Positions 48,407 through 57,037 of a DNA stretch of 64,000 nt are shown piece by piece. The position numbers were made by a program, and so were the translations under genes. Location of the stretch: NCBI GenBank assembly GCA_965198115.1, contig OZ240241.1, positions 5,664,001 to 5,728,000 of the forward strand, written 5' to 3'. Within the stretch, counting starts at the first letter, position 1. Every line of letters begins with the position of its first letter. The DNA is from Candidatus Latescibacterota bacterium (GTDB lineage: Bacteria > Latescibacterota > UBA2968). The notes below the pieces were generated by a model. That model was not told the DNA's origin and made no database searches. It worked only from the letters and a program-made list of their open reading frames with translations.

Positions 48407-51313
48407 TCAGCTCTTCAGTCTTTGGCCTTCGGGATCGAAGAACGGTCCGTGGTGGACGCGAGCCTCTTCGAGCCGGCCATCCCGATGGATGCTGAAGGAC
48501 GCGCCTTCATCGGCGGCGATTTCTGGAGGCAGCCAGCAGAGCCCGATTGGTTTCTGGAGCGTCGGACTGAAGCGTGAGGAACTCACCCATCCTACGATGT
48601 CGAGTGCGCCATCCTCCCGTCGCTTCACGATCTGCAGACCCTCATCCGGCACGACGCTCTTCCGAACCATTTCGAACCCGACTAGCCGTTGTCGCGGGCC
48701 GTCGGCGGCGATCCGCTCGAGGGAGCGTTTGCCCAGGAAGTCGGCCTTTTCCAGCTTCACCGCCCAGGCAAGATCTGCACCCAGGGCGTCGGAGATGGCA
48801 TCGGTGTCCTGGCCGACGATGAGATGGCCTTTCTCGAGACGGAGAATCCGTTGCGCTTCCACGCCAAAGGGCGCGATACCGAACTCTTCGCCCTCATCGA
48901 GGATCGATTCCCAGACGTGAAGACCGGAAGCCGCCGGGCAGTGAATCTCGTATGAGAGCTCTCCAGTGAATCCGATCCGGAGGACGCGGCAGGGGACATC
49001 GGCAACGCGTGTTCGCCGAATTCTCATGTAAGGGAACGCCTTGTTGCTCAAGTCCCGTTTCGTCAGCTTCTGCAGCACATCGCGCGAGCGCGGTCCAGCG
49101 AGATTGAAAGCGGAATAGGTCTCGGTCAGGTCGGTCAAGTGGACGTTACCACCCCAGCCGGATTGCAACCACCACTGGATCCATTCGAAGGCACTACCCG
49201 CACCGGTCGATGTGGTGCTCAGGTACCACGTTTCATCGTCCAGGTGGGCGCAGACGCCATCGTCGAGGACGACACCTTCGTCGTTGCACATCACGCCGTA
49301 GCGTACGCGTCCTTTTCGAAGTCTTCTCCATTGGTTGATGTAGAGCCGCTCCAGCAGATCGGGCGCACCTGGACCCGTCAGCTGGAATTTCCCCAGCGGG
49401 CTGACGTCGATCAGGCCAACGCGTTCGCGGACTCCGTTCACTTCGGATTCCGGGTCGCCGTAGTGTTCCGGTCTCAGCCACGGGCCGGCGACCATCATAC
49501 TCGCATCGTGGTCCAGGTGCCAGTCGTGCACGGAGGATACCTGGACAGGTTCCATGTTCTGACCGGCCAGGGCACCGAGCGTGACCGGCACGGTGGGAGG
49601 GCGCGACGTCGTTCGACCGGTTTCCTGGATCGATTGACATTTGATGCGGGCGCACAGCCGCAAGGCGTTGACGGAGCACATTTTGCCCTGGCACGGCCCC
49701 ATCGAGATGGTGCTGTAGCGCTTGAGAAGCTCGACGCTGTCGTATCCTTCGGCGAGACTGGTGGCCACGTCGATATCGGTCACGTCTTCGCAGTAGCAGA
49801 CGAACCGTTTCTTCCCTTCCGGGTCAGGGATGCGATCTGACGTACGCCGATGGGTCTCCGATTTACGGCGTTCCAGGTCCTGGGCATCGCCCGCCATCGG
49901 TTCGTCACCGAAACCGAGGAAAGCGGCGGCGCGCTGACCAGCCATGGAGCCATCCTCCATCCGGACATCCAATGGATCGGCTCCGTTTGCGCTCCCCGCG
50001 GCGTAGAGTCCGGGTGGGATGGGGTCCGCGCTCATTTCTGCACGTTTCTCGTCGTAAACCGATTTACCGCCCGCCGTGTAGAGCAGGTCCAGCGCCGGCT
50101 CCCAACCCGTGCTGACAGCGATCACATCACACGCGATGACCTGGTCGGAACCCGTCACGACATCGCCGCTGGCATCGACTGCAGCAATGGTGGCCGAAGA
50201 CACGTTCTGCCGTCCGTTCGCCCGCACGAGTAGGGTTCGGTTGTGAATAGGCACGCCGGCTCCGGTGAGTTCGGACGCGGCCGGATGATCCGTCCCCTCG
50301 CGTTCATCCACGACAGCAGACAATGCGACCCCTGCTGCGTGCAGGCCCGCAGCTACAAGCCAACCGTCGTCATTCGCGGTAGCGATCAGGATACGTTCGC
50401 CCGGGGTTACGCCGTACAGGTTCAAGAGTCGCTGAACAGCGCTGCCGAGCATCACGCCGGGGAGGTCGTTGTTGTCGAATAGCGGGGGTACCTCGATCGT
50501 CCCCGTCGCGACGACGATGGCATTCGCCCGGATCTTGAAAAGACGGTTTCCACGAACGGCGGCGAGCCAGTTGTCCTGATACCAGCCGAGGATCGTGGAG
50601 TCGGTGTGGACTTCGATGCGGGTTTCCGCCTCGACTTCGTTGCGCAGGTCGTCCTGGGTCGAGGCATCGGATGCCGAGCGCCAGCAGAGGTGTCCTCCCA
50701 GGTCGGCGTTCGTGTCGAAGAGTAGGACACGTGCACCTGCCCGGGCGGCGGACAGGGCCGCAGACATCCCCGAGGGCCCCCCTCCGACGACTGCGACCTC
50801 CCCGTGTAGATACTGCTTATCGAACGATCCCCAGGGCGTGCCATGATCGACGACGCCTAGCCCCGCGGCCTTGCGCAACGAACGTTCGTAGAAGGGCCAT
50901 AGCTTGCGGGGCTGTATGAAGGTCTTGTAGTAGAAGCCCACGGGCATGAAACGAGCACCCAAGCCGGTCAGGGACATGACGTCCTGGTCCAGAGAGGGCC
51001 AGACGTTCTGAGGGTTCACGTCCATGTCCTCTTCCACGGGGCGCTGGCAGGAGCGCACGTTCGGTTCATCGCCTACTTGCACCAGACAATTGGGGCAGTG
51101 ACCGGCACAGCAAAGCAGCCCGCGCGGGCGGTGGTATTTGAAGGAGCGACTGAAGGTCCGAACACCGGCCGCACTCAGAGCCGAGGCGATGGTGTCGCCG
51201 GGATGGGCATTGTAGACCCTTCCGTCGAAGGTGAATGAAATCCGTGACGATCGATCGATGACTTCGCCGGACTGTTCTGACAGTCGAGTGGGGGCTGGCG
51301 ATTTCCGCGGCAC
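48407..51313 (-). CDS. mgdC: N-methylglutamate dehydrogenase / sarcosine oxidase alpha subunit
   Basis: RSFKYHRPRG, GGGPSG, KRYSTISMGPCQG, GcvT domain with GFTGELSYE and LRLEKG. Confidence 0.88.
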   Translation of the reverse strand: MPRKSPAPTRLSEQSGEVIDRSSRISFTFDGRVYNAHPGDTIASALSAAGVRTFSRSFKYHRPRGLLCCAGHCPNCLVQVGDEPNVRSCQRPVEEDMDVNPQNVWPSLDQDVMSLTGLGARFMPVGFYYKTFIQPRKLWPFYERSLRKAAGLGVVDHGTPWGSFDKQYLHGEVAVVGGGPSGMSAALSAARAGARVLLFDTNADLGGHLCWRSASDASTQDDLRNEVEAETRIEVHTDSTILGWYQDNWLAAVRGNRLFKIRANAIVVATGTIEVPPLFDNNDLPGVMLGSAVQRLLNLYGVTPGERILIATANDDGWLVAAGLHAAGVALSAVVDEREGTDHPAASELTGAGVPIHNRTLLVRANGRQNVSSATIAAVDASGDVVTGSDQVIACDVIAVSTGWEPALDLLYTAGGKSVYDEKRAEMSADPIPPGLYAAGSANGADPLDVRMEDGSMAGQRAAAFLGFGDEPMAGDAQDLERRKSETHRRTSDRIPDPEGKKRFVCYCEDVTDIDVATSLAEGYDSVELLKRYSTISMGPCQGKMCSVNALRLCARIKCQSIQETGRTTSRPPTVPVTLGALAGQNMEPVQVSSVHDWHLDHDASMMVAGPWLRPEHYGDPESEVNGVRERVGLIDVSPLGKFQLTGPGAPDLLERLYINQWRRLRKGRVRYGVMCNDEGVVLDDGVCAHLDDETWYLSTTSTGAGSAFEWIQWWLQSGWGGNVHLTDLTETYSAFNLAGPRSRDVLQKLTKRDLSNKAFPYMRIRRTRVADVPCRVLRIGFTGELSYEIHCPAASGLHVWESILDEGEEFGIAPFGVEAQRILRLEKGHLIVGQDTDAISDALGADLAWAVKLEKADFLGKRSLERIAADGPRQRLVGFEMVRKSVVPDEGLQIVKRREDGALDIVGWVSSSRFSPTLQKPIGLCWLPPEIAADEGASFSIHRDGRLEEARVHHGPFFDPEGQRLKS

Positions 51314-51314
51314 C

Positions 51315-51575
51315 TCAGGCCTCTTCCCACAAATAAGTTTTGGTGAACTCGTTGGTCTTGGTGTGTCGATCAGCGAGAAACCAAAGTCCACAACCTGATC
51401 CGTGATACCACCATTCGGTCTGCAAACCCATCGCGTTCGTGCGTGTGTAGAGGTAGGCGGCCCACTCCTCGTTGCTCACTTGCTGCGAAGGGTCGGGCCG
51501 AGGGCGGTATTCGCCGGCGCACCGGAATTCGGCGGCGTTTCGAGGACCGCAGTTTGGGCAGGGGACGATTAGCAT
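51315..51575 (-). CDS. mgdB: N-methylglutamate dehydrogenase / sarcosine oxidase delta subunit
   Basis: CPNCGPR..EF, EWWYH..GC..W. Confidence 0.88.
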   Translation of the reverse strand: MLIVPCPNCGPRNAAEFRCAGEYRPRPDPSQQVSNEEWAAYLYTRTNAMGLQTEWWYHGSGCGLWFLADRHTKTNEFTKTYLWEEA

Positions 51576-51580
51576 GCGGT

Positions 51581-51760
51581 TGTCAGTGTTCTCTCCTGCG
51601 CCCTGCGGGCTTCCTCTCGTCTTCGCTCGAGACAGGCTCCGAGAACCAGTCGTCAGAGGTCAGGAAAGACGGCGATACGGGCGGCGTCAGTTCGAGCGTA
51701 GTCGAGAACACGCCCATTACGAATCGCGGATAGGGACTTCTCGACTCCGCTCGAAGTGAC
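51581..51760. repeat. REP cluster inside the mgdA-mgdB intergenic region
   Basis: GTCAGTTCGAGCGTAGTCGAGAAC / CTTCTCGACTCCGCTCGAAGTGAC pair, plus CCTCTCGTCTTCGCTCGAGACAGG. Confidence 0.7.
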
Positions 51761-51803
51761 CCTGCTTTTTATCCTTTTACAGTGCCACCTACGTGACAGC
51801 CCA

Positions 51804-53039
51804 TCAGTGCCCCACCGAGGCCGCTCCCTTTTCGCCGACGAGGTCGAATTCGGCGAAACGGGAAAGCCTGAAGGGGTGGATCAGATCGGGTGTCTTGTTG
51901 GTGGCGATGAGTTCTGCCATGGTCTTGCCGCAGATGGGGGACGCTTTGAAACCGTAGGTGCCCCAGCCGACGTCGAGGAGGAATCCCTCGACGGGTGTGA
52001 ATCCCATGAGCGGGCTGAAGTCGGGTGGCATTTCGCAGAGTCCGGCCCATTGACGGAGGATTCGGACCTTGCTCAGGAAAGGAAAGAGTTCGAGGACGTG
52101 GCCGGCCAGTCCCTCGAGGAAGTCGAGGGAGGAGTTCATCGAATACGATCCGAACGGGTCGACGCTCGCGCCCATGACGAGTTCACCGCGGCTCGACTGG
52201 CTGACGTAGACGTGCAGGCTCCCGGATACGACGACGACGTCGAGAAACGGTTTGAGGGGTTCGGTGACGCACGCCTGTAGAGGCGCTGTGGCGATGGGCA
52301 GTTCGAGCCCGGCCATGGCAGCGATCGTGGATCCCCAACCGGCGGTCGCGTTGAGGACGGTTCTTGCGGCGATGTAGCCACGCGAGGTTTCTACGCCGCG
52401 AACTTTTCCATCGCGAACGTCGATTCCCGTCACCTCGGTCTGCTGGTGAATGTGCACACCACGGCGATCGGCGTGGTTGGCGAAGCCCCAGACGACGGCA
52501 TCGTGACGGATGATGCCGCCCGGTGGATGATACAGGGCGGCCAGAACGGGATAGCGTGGATGCTCGCTCAGGTCGAGCTGGGGACAGATTCGGCTCAGCT
52601 CGTCGGGAAAGACAACGCGGGAATCGACACCCTGGAGCTGGTTGACTTCGGCCCGCCGACGCATCGTTCGAACGGCGCCGTCGGTGTGGGCGAGGGTGAG
52701 GTGGCCACGTTGGCTGAACATGACGTTGAAGTCCAGTTCGATGGCCAGTTGCTCGTAGAGTTTGACGCTCTCGTCGTAGAATCGGACACCTTCGGGTGTC
52801 AGGTAGTTGCTGCGGACGATGGCAGTGTTCCGACCGCTCCCGCCCGATCCGATGTAGCTCTTTTCGAGGATGGCCACATCGGTGATGCCGTGCTCTTTCG
52901 AGAGATAGTGGGCGCACGCAAGGCCGTGGGCGCCACCGCCGATGATGACGACGTCGTAGCCGTGTTTGAGCGGATGGTCGTGCCACATCCGAGGAGGAGG
53001 GCGACTGTCCAGAGCCTGGCGGACGAGCTTGAAGGGCAC
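51804..53039 (-). CDS. mgdA: N-methylglutamate dehydrogenase / sarcosine oxidase beta subunit
   Basis: IGGGAHG, GSGRNTAIVRSNY, IIRHDAV, GWGTYGFK. Confidence 0.88.
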   Translation of the reverse strand: MPFKLVRQALDSRPPPRMWHDHPLKHGYDVVIIGGGAHGLACAHYLSKEHGITDVAILEKSYIGSGGSGRNTAIVRSNYLTPEGVRFYDESVKLYEQLAIELDFNVMFSQRGHLTLAHTDGAVRTMRRRAEVNQLQGVDSRVVFPDELSRICPQLDLSEHPRYPVLAALYHPPGGIIRHDAVVWGFANHADRRGVHIHQQTEVTGIDVRDGKVRGVETSRGYIAARTVLNATAGWGSTIAAMAGLELPIATAPLQACVTEPLKPFLDVVVVSGSLHVYVSQSSRGELVMGASVDPFGSYSMNSSLDFLEGLAGHVLELFPFLSKVRILRQWAGLCEMPPDFSPLMGFTPVEGFLLDVGWGTYGFKASPICGKTMAELIATNKTPDLIHPFRLSRFAEFDLVGEKGAASVGH

Positions 53040-54398
53040 CTACTCGCGTTCCTTCCAGCCGGGTCCATCGCCCCACACTCGGTCGGTGCCGGCGAGAGGA
53101 ATGCCGCAGATCATGGAGGCTTCGGCGCTGAGAGCGCGCAGATCTTCGGGCTCGAGGTCGTGGACGTCGGCCTTACCGCAGGCACGAGCGAGGATCTGGA
53201 TTTCGGAGGTCATAGCCTGAAGGAGGTTGGCGACACGTTCGGCACCCTCATCGATGTCGAGGCGCTGCATCAGGTCAGGATCCTGCGTGGTGATGCCGAC
53301 GGGGCACCGGCCGGTGTGGCAGTGGTGACAATGGTAGGGCTCGGTGCCGAGTGCCTGGTAGTCTTCGATGTAGAGAGGTTTATTGCAATTGAGGGCCATG
53401 AGGGCGGCCGTGCCGATGTAGATCGCGTCGGCGCCGAGGGCCATGGCCTTGGCCGCATCGACGCCATTCCGAATGCCGCCGGCGATGATGAGTTTGATTT
53501 CGCCATACATCCCGATGTCTTCGAGCGCCGCCCGAGCTTCGCACACGGCGGCGAGCGTGGGAATGCCCGTGTGTTCCTGGCAGATTTCGGCAGAGGCCCC
53601 CGTTCCGCCCTCCATGCCGTCGACGACGATGACGTCGGCTCCGGCCTTTGCTGCAAGGCGAACGTCGTCGAAGACCCGCGTCGCGCCCATCTTCACGAAG
53701 ATGGGGACCTTCCAGTCGGTCGCCTCACGCAACTCCTCTATCTTGATGATCATGTCGTCCGGGCCGAGGAAGTCAGGATGTCGGGCGGGGGATCGCTGAT
53801 CGACTCCGGTTGGGAGGTCGCGTTGCTGAGCGATGGCATCCAGGACCTTCGCGTCGAGGAGCAAACCGCCGGTACCGGGTTTGGCGCCCTGCCCGAGGGT
53901 CAGCTCGATGCCATCGGCCTGGCGGAGATGATGGATATCGATGCCGTAGCGAGACGGGAGGACTTCATAGATGAGGTGTCGACTGTGTTCCCGTTCTGCC
54001 TCCAACATCCCGCCGTCGCCCGTCGTGTTTGAGGAGCCCACGATGTTGGCGCCTTTGGCGAGCGCAACCTTGGCGTTGTATGAAAGGGCGCCCCAACTCA
54101 TGCCGGTGATCATGATCGGAATCTGGAGCTCGATCGGATTCTCGACGTGCTTTCCACCGAGTACGGTCTCCGTCGAGCAGCGTTCTCGGTAGCCCTCGAG
54201 TGGGATTCGTGTGAGCGAGCAAGGAATGAAGGTCAGGTCGTCGAAGGTCGCCCAGTTTCGCTCCCGGAGGGTGCCGAATCCCCGAATCCGGTAGCGTCCG
54301 AGTTCGGCTTTGACCTGGATGTCCTCGATCGCGGCCGGTGAAAACGTTCCGCTGGTCTGGATCAGCCTGCCATCGTGGGCATCGTGCTCGTTCATCAC
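53040..54398 (-). CDS. mgsC: N-methylglutamate synthase FMN-binding subunit
   Basis: GMSWGALS, GQGAKPGTGG, DGMEGGTG, CHHCHTGRCPVG. Confidence 0.88.
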   Translation of the reverse strand: MMNEHDAHDGRLIQTSGTFSPAAIEDIQVKAELGRYRIRGFGTLRERNWATFDDLTFIPCSLTRIPLEGYRERCSTETVLGGKHVENPIELQIPIMITGMSWGALSYNAKVALAKGANIVGSSNTTGDGGMLEAEREHSRHLIYEVLPSRYGIDIHHLRQADGIELTLGQGAKPGTGGLLLDAKVLDAIAQQRDLPTGVDQRSPARHPDFLGPDDMIIKIEELREATDWKVPIFVKMGATRVFDDVRLAAKAGADVIVVDGMEGGTGASAEICQEHTGIPTLAAVCEARAALEDIGMYGEIKLIIAGGIRNGVDAAKAMALGADAIYIGTAALMALNCNKPLYIEDYQALGTEPYHCHHCHTGRCPVGITTQDPDLMQRLDIDEGAERVANLLQAMTSEIQILARACGKADVHDLEPEDLRALSAEASMICGIPLAGTDRVWGDGPGWKERE

Positions 54399-54431
54399 TT
54401 ACTCCCGTCCGTCTGTCCCGAAGCCGATGAG

Positions 54432-55127
54432 CTAAATGGCCTCGCGCCAGAGCGCGCGTTCCTTTTTGTCGAAGGTCCACAGCTTGCGCCCGGCGACCAC
54501 TTTCTTGAATCCGTCGAGCCCTTTTTTATTTGAGAGGTGCGTGTTGAGCGTTGTGGCGAGGAACTCCTGGTCTTCTACGTTCGGCTCTTCCACGACCGCG
54601 TCATTACCCAGCTCCTTGATCTCCCCGCCCACAAAGCACACGGTTTCATACATCGAATCGGCAAAGGCCTCACCCGTGTCGCCGCAGATGATCAGCGTAC
54701 CCTGTTGGCCCATGAAGCCGGCCATGTAACCACAGTTCCCTCCGACTACGACGAGCCCTCCCTTTAGAGCAACACCGAGTCTGGCAGCCGCATCTCCACG
54801 GATGACGACGGTTCCGCCACGGATGGCCGCGGCCGCACCATTCCCCGCGTTTCCGTCGACGATGACGTGTCCGCCCTTCATGGATTCAGCGAGTCCCCAT
54901 CCCGCGCTGCCCATAATCTCGACGGTAGGCCCGTCGATCATGCCGGCGCAATAGTATCCGACGCTGCCTTCGAAGCGAAGGTGGGAATCCTGCAGTACTG
55001 CCACGCCCAGGTTGTGACGCGCGCCCGGATCCGTGACAATGATTCTCTTTTCTCCCGTGGTGGAGAGACGTTTGATCTCCGCGTTGATCTCCCTGGTTGT
55101 CTTTCCTTCGCACGCTACCGATGCCAT
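54432..55127 (-). CDS. mgsB: N-methylglutamate synthase GXGXG subunit
   Basis: GSVGYYCAGM and G-rich beta-helix repeats; GEAFADSMYE. Confidence 0.88.
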   Translation of the reverse strand: MASVACEGKTTREINAEIKRLSTTGEKRIIVTDPGARHNLGVAVLQDSHLRFEGSVGYYCAGMIDGPTVEIMGSAGWGLAESMKGGHVIVDGNAGNGAAAAIRGGTVVIRGDAAARLGVALKGGLVVVGGNCGYMAGFMGQQGTLIICGDTGEAFADSMYETVCFVGGEIKELGNDAVVEEPNVEDQEFLATTLNTHLSNKKGLDGFKKVVAGRKLWTFDKKERALWREAI

Positions 55128-56038
55128 ACCCGGACCTCTCTCGCCCCGGTCTCACGGACTTCGAAGTCTCCTTCCAAAGCGGCACGCATGGCGATCTCTT
55201 CGGTGGCGACGGCGATGAACGAGTCGCTTTCCGACCATAGCAAGGGCTTGAGTGCGAAGGGGTCCCTTGCGTATCCAATCGTGTCGGACGTCGCGGCGAG
55301 GTAGCTAAATGAGCCATCGAGATCGACGAGCGAAGCTTCCATCGCCTCGCGGAGATCGGATCCCTTGCTGAGGCGCTCTCCGAGGTAGATGCCGATAACC
55401 TCGGAGTCGTTGTCCGTGTAGAATCGGACACCCCTTTGCTCGTAAATCCGACGGAGGATGTGGTAGTTGGTGATGTGTCCGTTGTGAACGATGGAGAGGT
55501 CGGGGCAACCGTGACCCCAGAACGGCTGGGAATGGCTCAAATCGATTTTGGATTCTGTGGACAGTCGGGTGTGGCCGAGTCCGTGAGTGCCCTTGAAGTC
55601 GGAAATGCTGTAGGTGGCGTTCAGGTTCCGGGGTGATCCGACCTGTTTGACGATTTCTAAAGAGCGCCCCATGCTCACGACTTCGACGTCGTGATGCGCT
55701 GCTTCGACGCGTCTTTCGAGATCTGCCGGGTCTTCGGGATCATCGACGACGAGTCTCAGATATTCGGCTGTTGATTTCTTCTGGCGCACCTTCGAGGTGG
55801 GGTGTACGCAGTCGCTGATCGCGTTTTCGATTGCTTCGTATTCTGCTTCATTTTCGGACCCACGATGGTCGCCGAGTTTGATCTGAAGCACCATCGCTCC
55901 AGGCGAAGGATCGCCATAGAGGGCCACCCCTGCCGAATCCGGTCCTCGGTCGTCCAGGGCCGTTAACATGCGGAGCACGGTGTCCCCCAAGCCTTCCAGC
56001 CGGCCATTTTTCCCCATCCATCCCACGATGCCGCACAT
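55115..56038 (-). CDS. mgsA: N-methylglutamate synthase class II amidotransferase subunit
   Basis: MCGIVG, RGPDSAG, GHTRLSTES, VHNG, NDSE. Confidence 0.88.
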   Translation of the reverse strand: MCGIVGWMGKNGRLEGLGDTVLRMLTALDDRGPDSAGVALYGDPSPGAMVLQIKLGDHRGSENEAEYEAIENAISDCVHPTSKVRQKKSTAEYLRLVVDDPEDPADLERRVEAAHHDVEVVSMGRSLEIVKQVGSPRNLNATYSISDFKGTHGLGHTRLSTESKIDLSHSQPFWGHGCPDLSIVHNGHITNYHILRRIYEQRGVRFYTDNDSEVIGIYLGERLSKGSDLREAMEASLVDLDGSFSYLAATSDTIGYARDPFALKPLLWSESDSFIAVATEEIAMRAALEGDFEVRETGAREVRVWHR

Positions 56039-56215
56039 GCGCTCGCTCCCGGTTTAAATCGAGACAACCCCGTGAACCGGTCGGATCCACGGGGGCACAC
56101 AACTAAAGATCACTATGACGGAATCGCAAGGCTCTTGCAGTGCCGTTTGGAGCGCCAAGCGCGCCACCCTTAGTCCAGGTCATCCGCCCTGGGTCCAGTG
56201 GATGCGATCAAGTTG

Positions 56216-56364
56216 CGCGGCCTGAAGGGCCGTGATGTTTTGCGACAATATTCGAGTGCTGAACGCGATAAAGCTTGTCGCGGACCGTTGGCCCGCCTAT
56301 TTAGCCCCTCCCAACCGTCCCAGCCCGTTGGGCTGGGCTAGGATATCGCGGGCCTTTGGCCCGC
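56216..56364. repeat. REP-like multi-hairpin element
   Basis: CGGCCTGAAGGGCCG, CCCAGCCCGTTGGGCTGGG, GCGGGCCTTTGGCCCGC. Confidence 0.65.
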
Positions 56365-56372
56365 AGACTTGA

Positions 56373-56855
56373 TTAAGGCAGGTCGATCCACCCTTTCACG
56401 TCGCAGCTGAAACGGTCCCCGAGGCCCGTGCAGTCGAAACTGCTGCCTCCCTTCATCCCTTTGAATCGGCCAGTGCCGTTGTAGTAGACGGCAGTCCCGA
56501 CGCCCTTTCCGCCCCCCGCCTTGCTCGTCCATTCCTCGAAGTAAGACGACCCATCCGAGAAGGTGAACTTGCCGTAGCCGTGTTCGTCACCGGTTCTGTC
56601 GTTTTTGTAGTTGCCGGTGCCCCAGATTTCGATCGTGTAGGGCGGTTCGTCTGGGCCCACGATTCGCCTACCGGCCCCGCTTGCCCGGATGATGGCGATG
56701 AATCGGCCGGCATCATCGTCGACGAGCATTGTATCGAAACGGGATACGACGTTGATGTGGGTCGACTGGAATTCGATTTTCTCGCCTGCGAAAACATCGG
56801 GTCCTCCAAGGATCAACAAGGCGGCAACTCCAATAGAGATCAGCACATTTCTCAC
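56373..56855 (-). CDS. secreted beta-barrel hypothetical protein (allene-oxide-cyclase/dirigent-like)
   Basis: GTG start with AGGAGG RBS; signal peptide; NGTGRFKGMKG motif. Confidence 0.75.
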   Translation of the reverse strand: MRNVLISIGVAALLILGGPDVFAGEKIEFQSTHINVVSRFDTMLVDDDAGRFIAIIRASGAGRRIVGPDEPPYTIEIWGTGNYKNDRTGDEHGYGKFTFSDGSSYFEEWTSKAGGGKGVGTAVYYNGTGRFKGMKGGSSFDCTGLGDRFSCDVKGWIDLP

Positions 56856-57037
56856 GTTGGGCCTCCTTCCCGTGTGTTTGTGGATGTGTTGTGGTGCTCG
56901 TGCTTTCGAGTATGTGCCACCGATCGTCCTTCGATACAACCTGCTTGGTGTTTGACCACAGCTCAGCATCACTCGTTTTGGCGATGAGGTCACTCAGGAT
57001 GAACGGTCGCCCAATGTGTGGCTGGCATTGCGATTAC

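Noticed and set aside
47711-53039. Plain sarcosine oxidase soxBDAG
   Set aside because: The flanking mgsABC and gmaS genes favour NMG dehydrogenase, although sequence alone cannot exclude sarcosine activity.
52446-54032. 528-aa plus-strand ORF and similar long antisense ORFs (36118-37206, 58812-59942, 41299-42138)
   Set aside because: Shadows of well-supported genes on the opposite strand in GC-rich DNA; no motifs.
56151-56166. Sigma-54 promoter for mgsA (TGGCGCGCTTGGCGCT on the minus strand)
   Set aside because: The GG-N10-GC spacing fits, but the TTGC element is missing, and such matches are common in GC-rich DNA.
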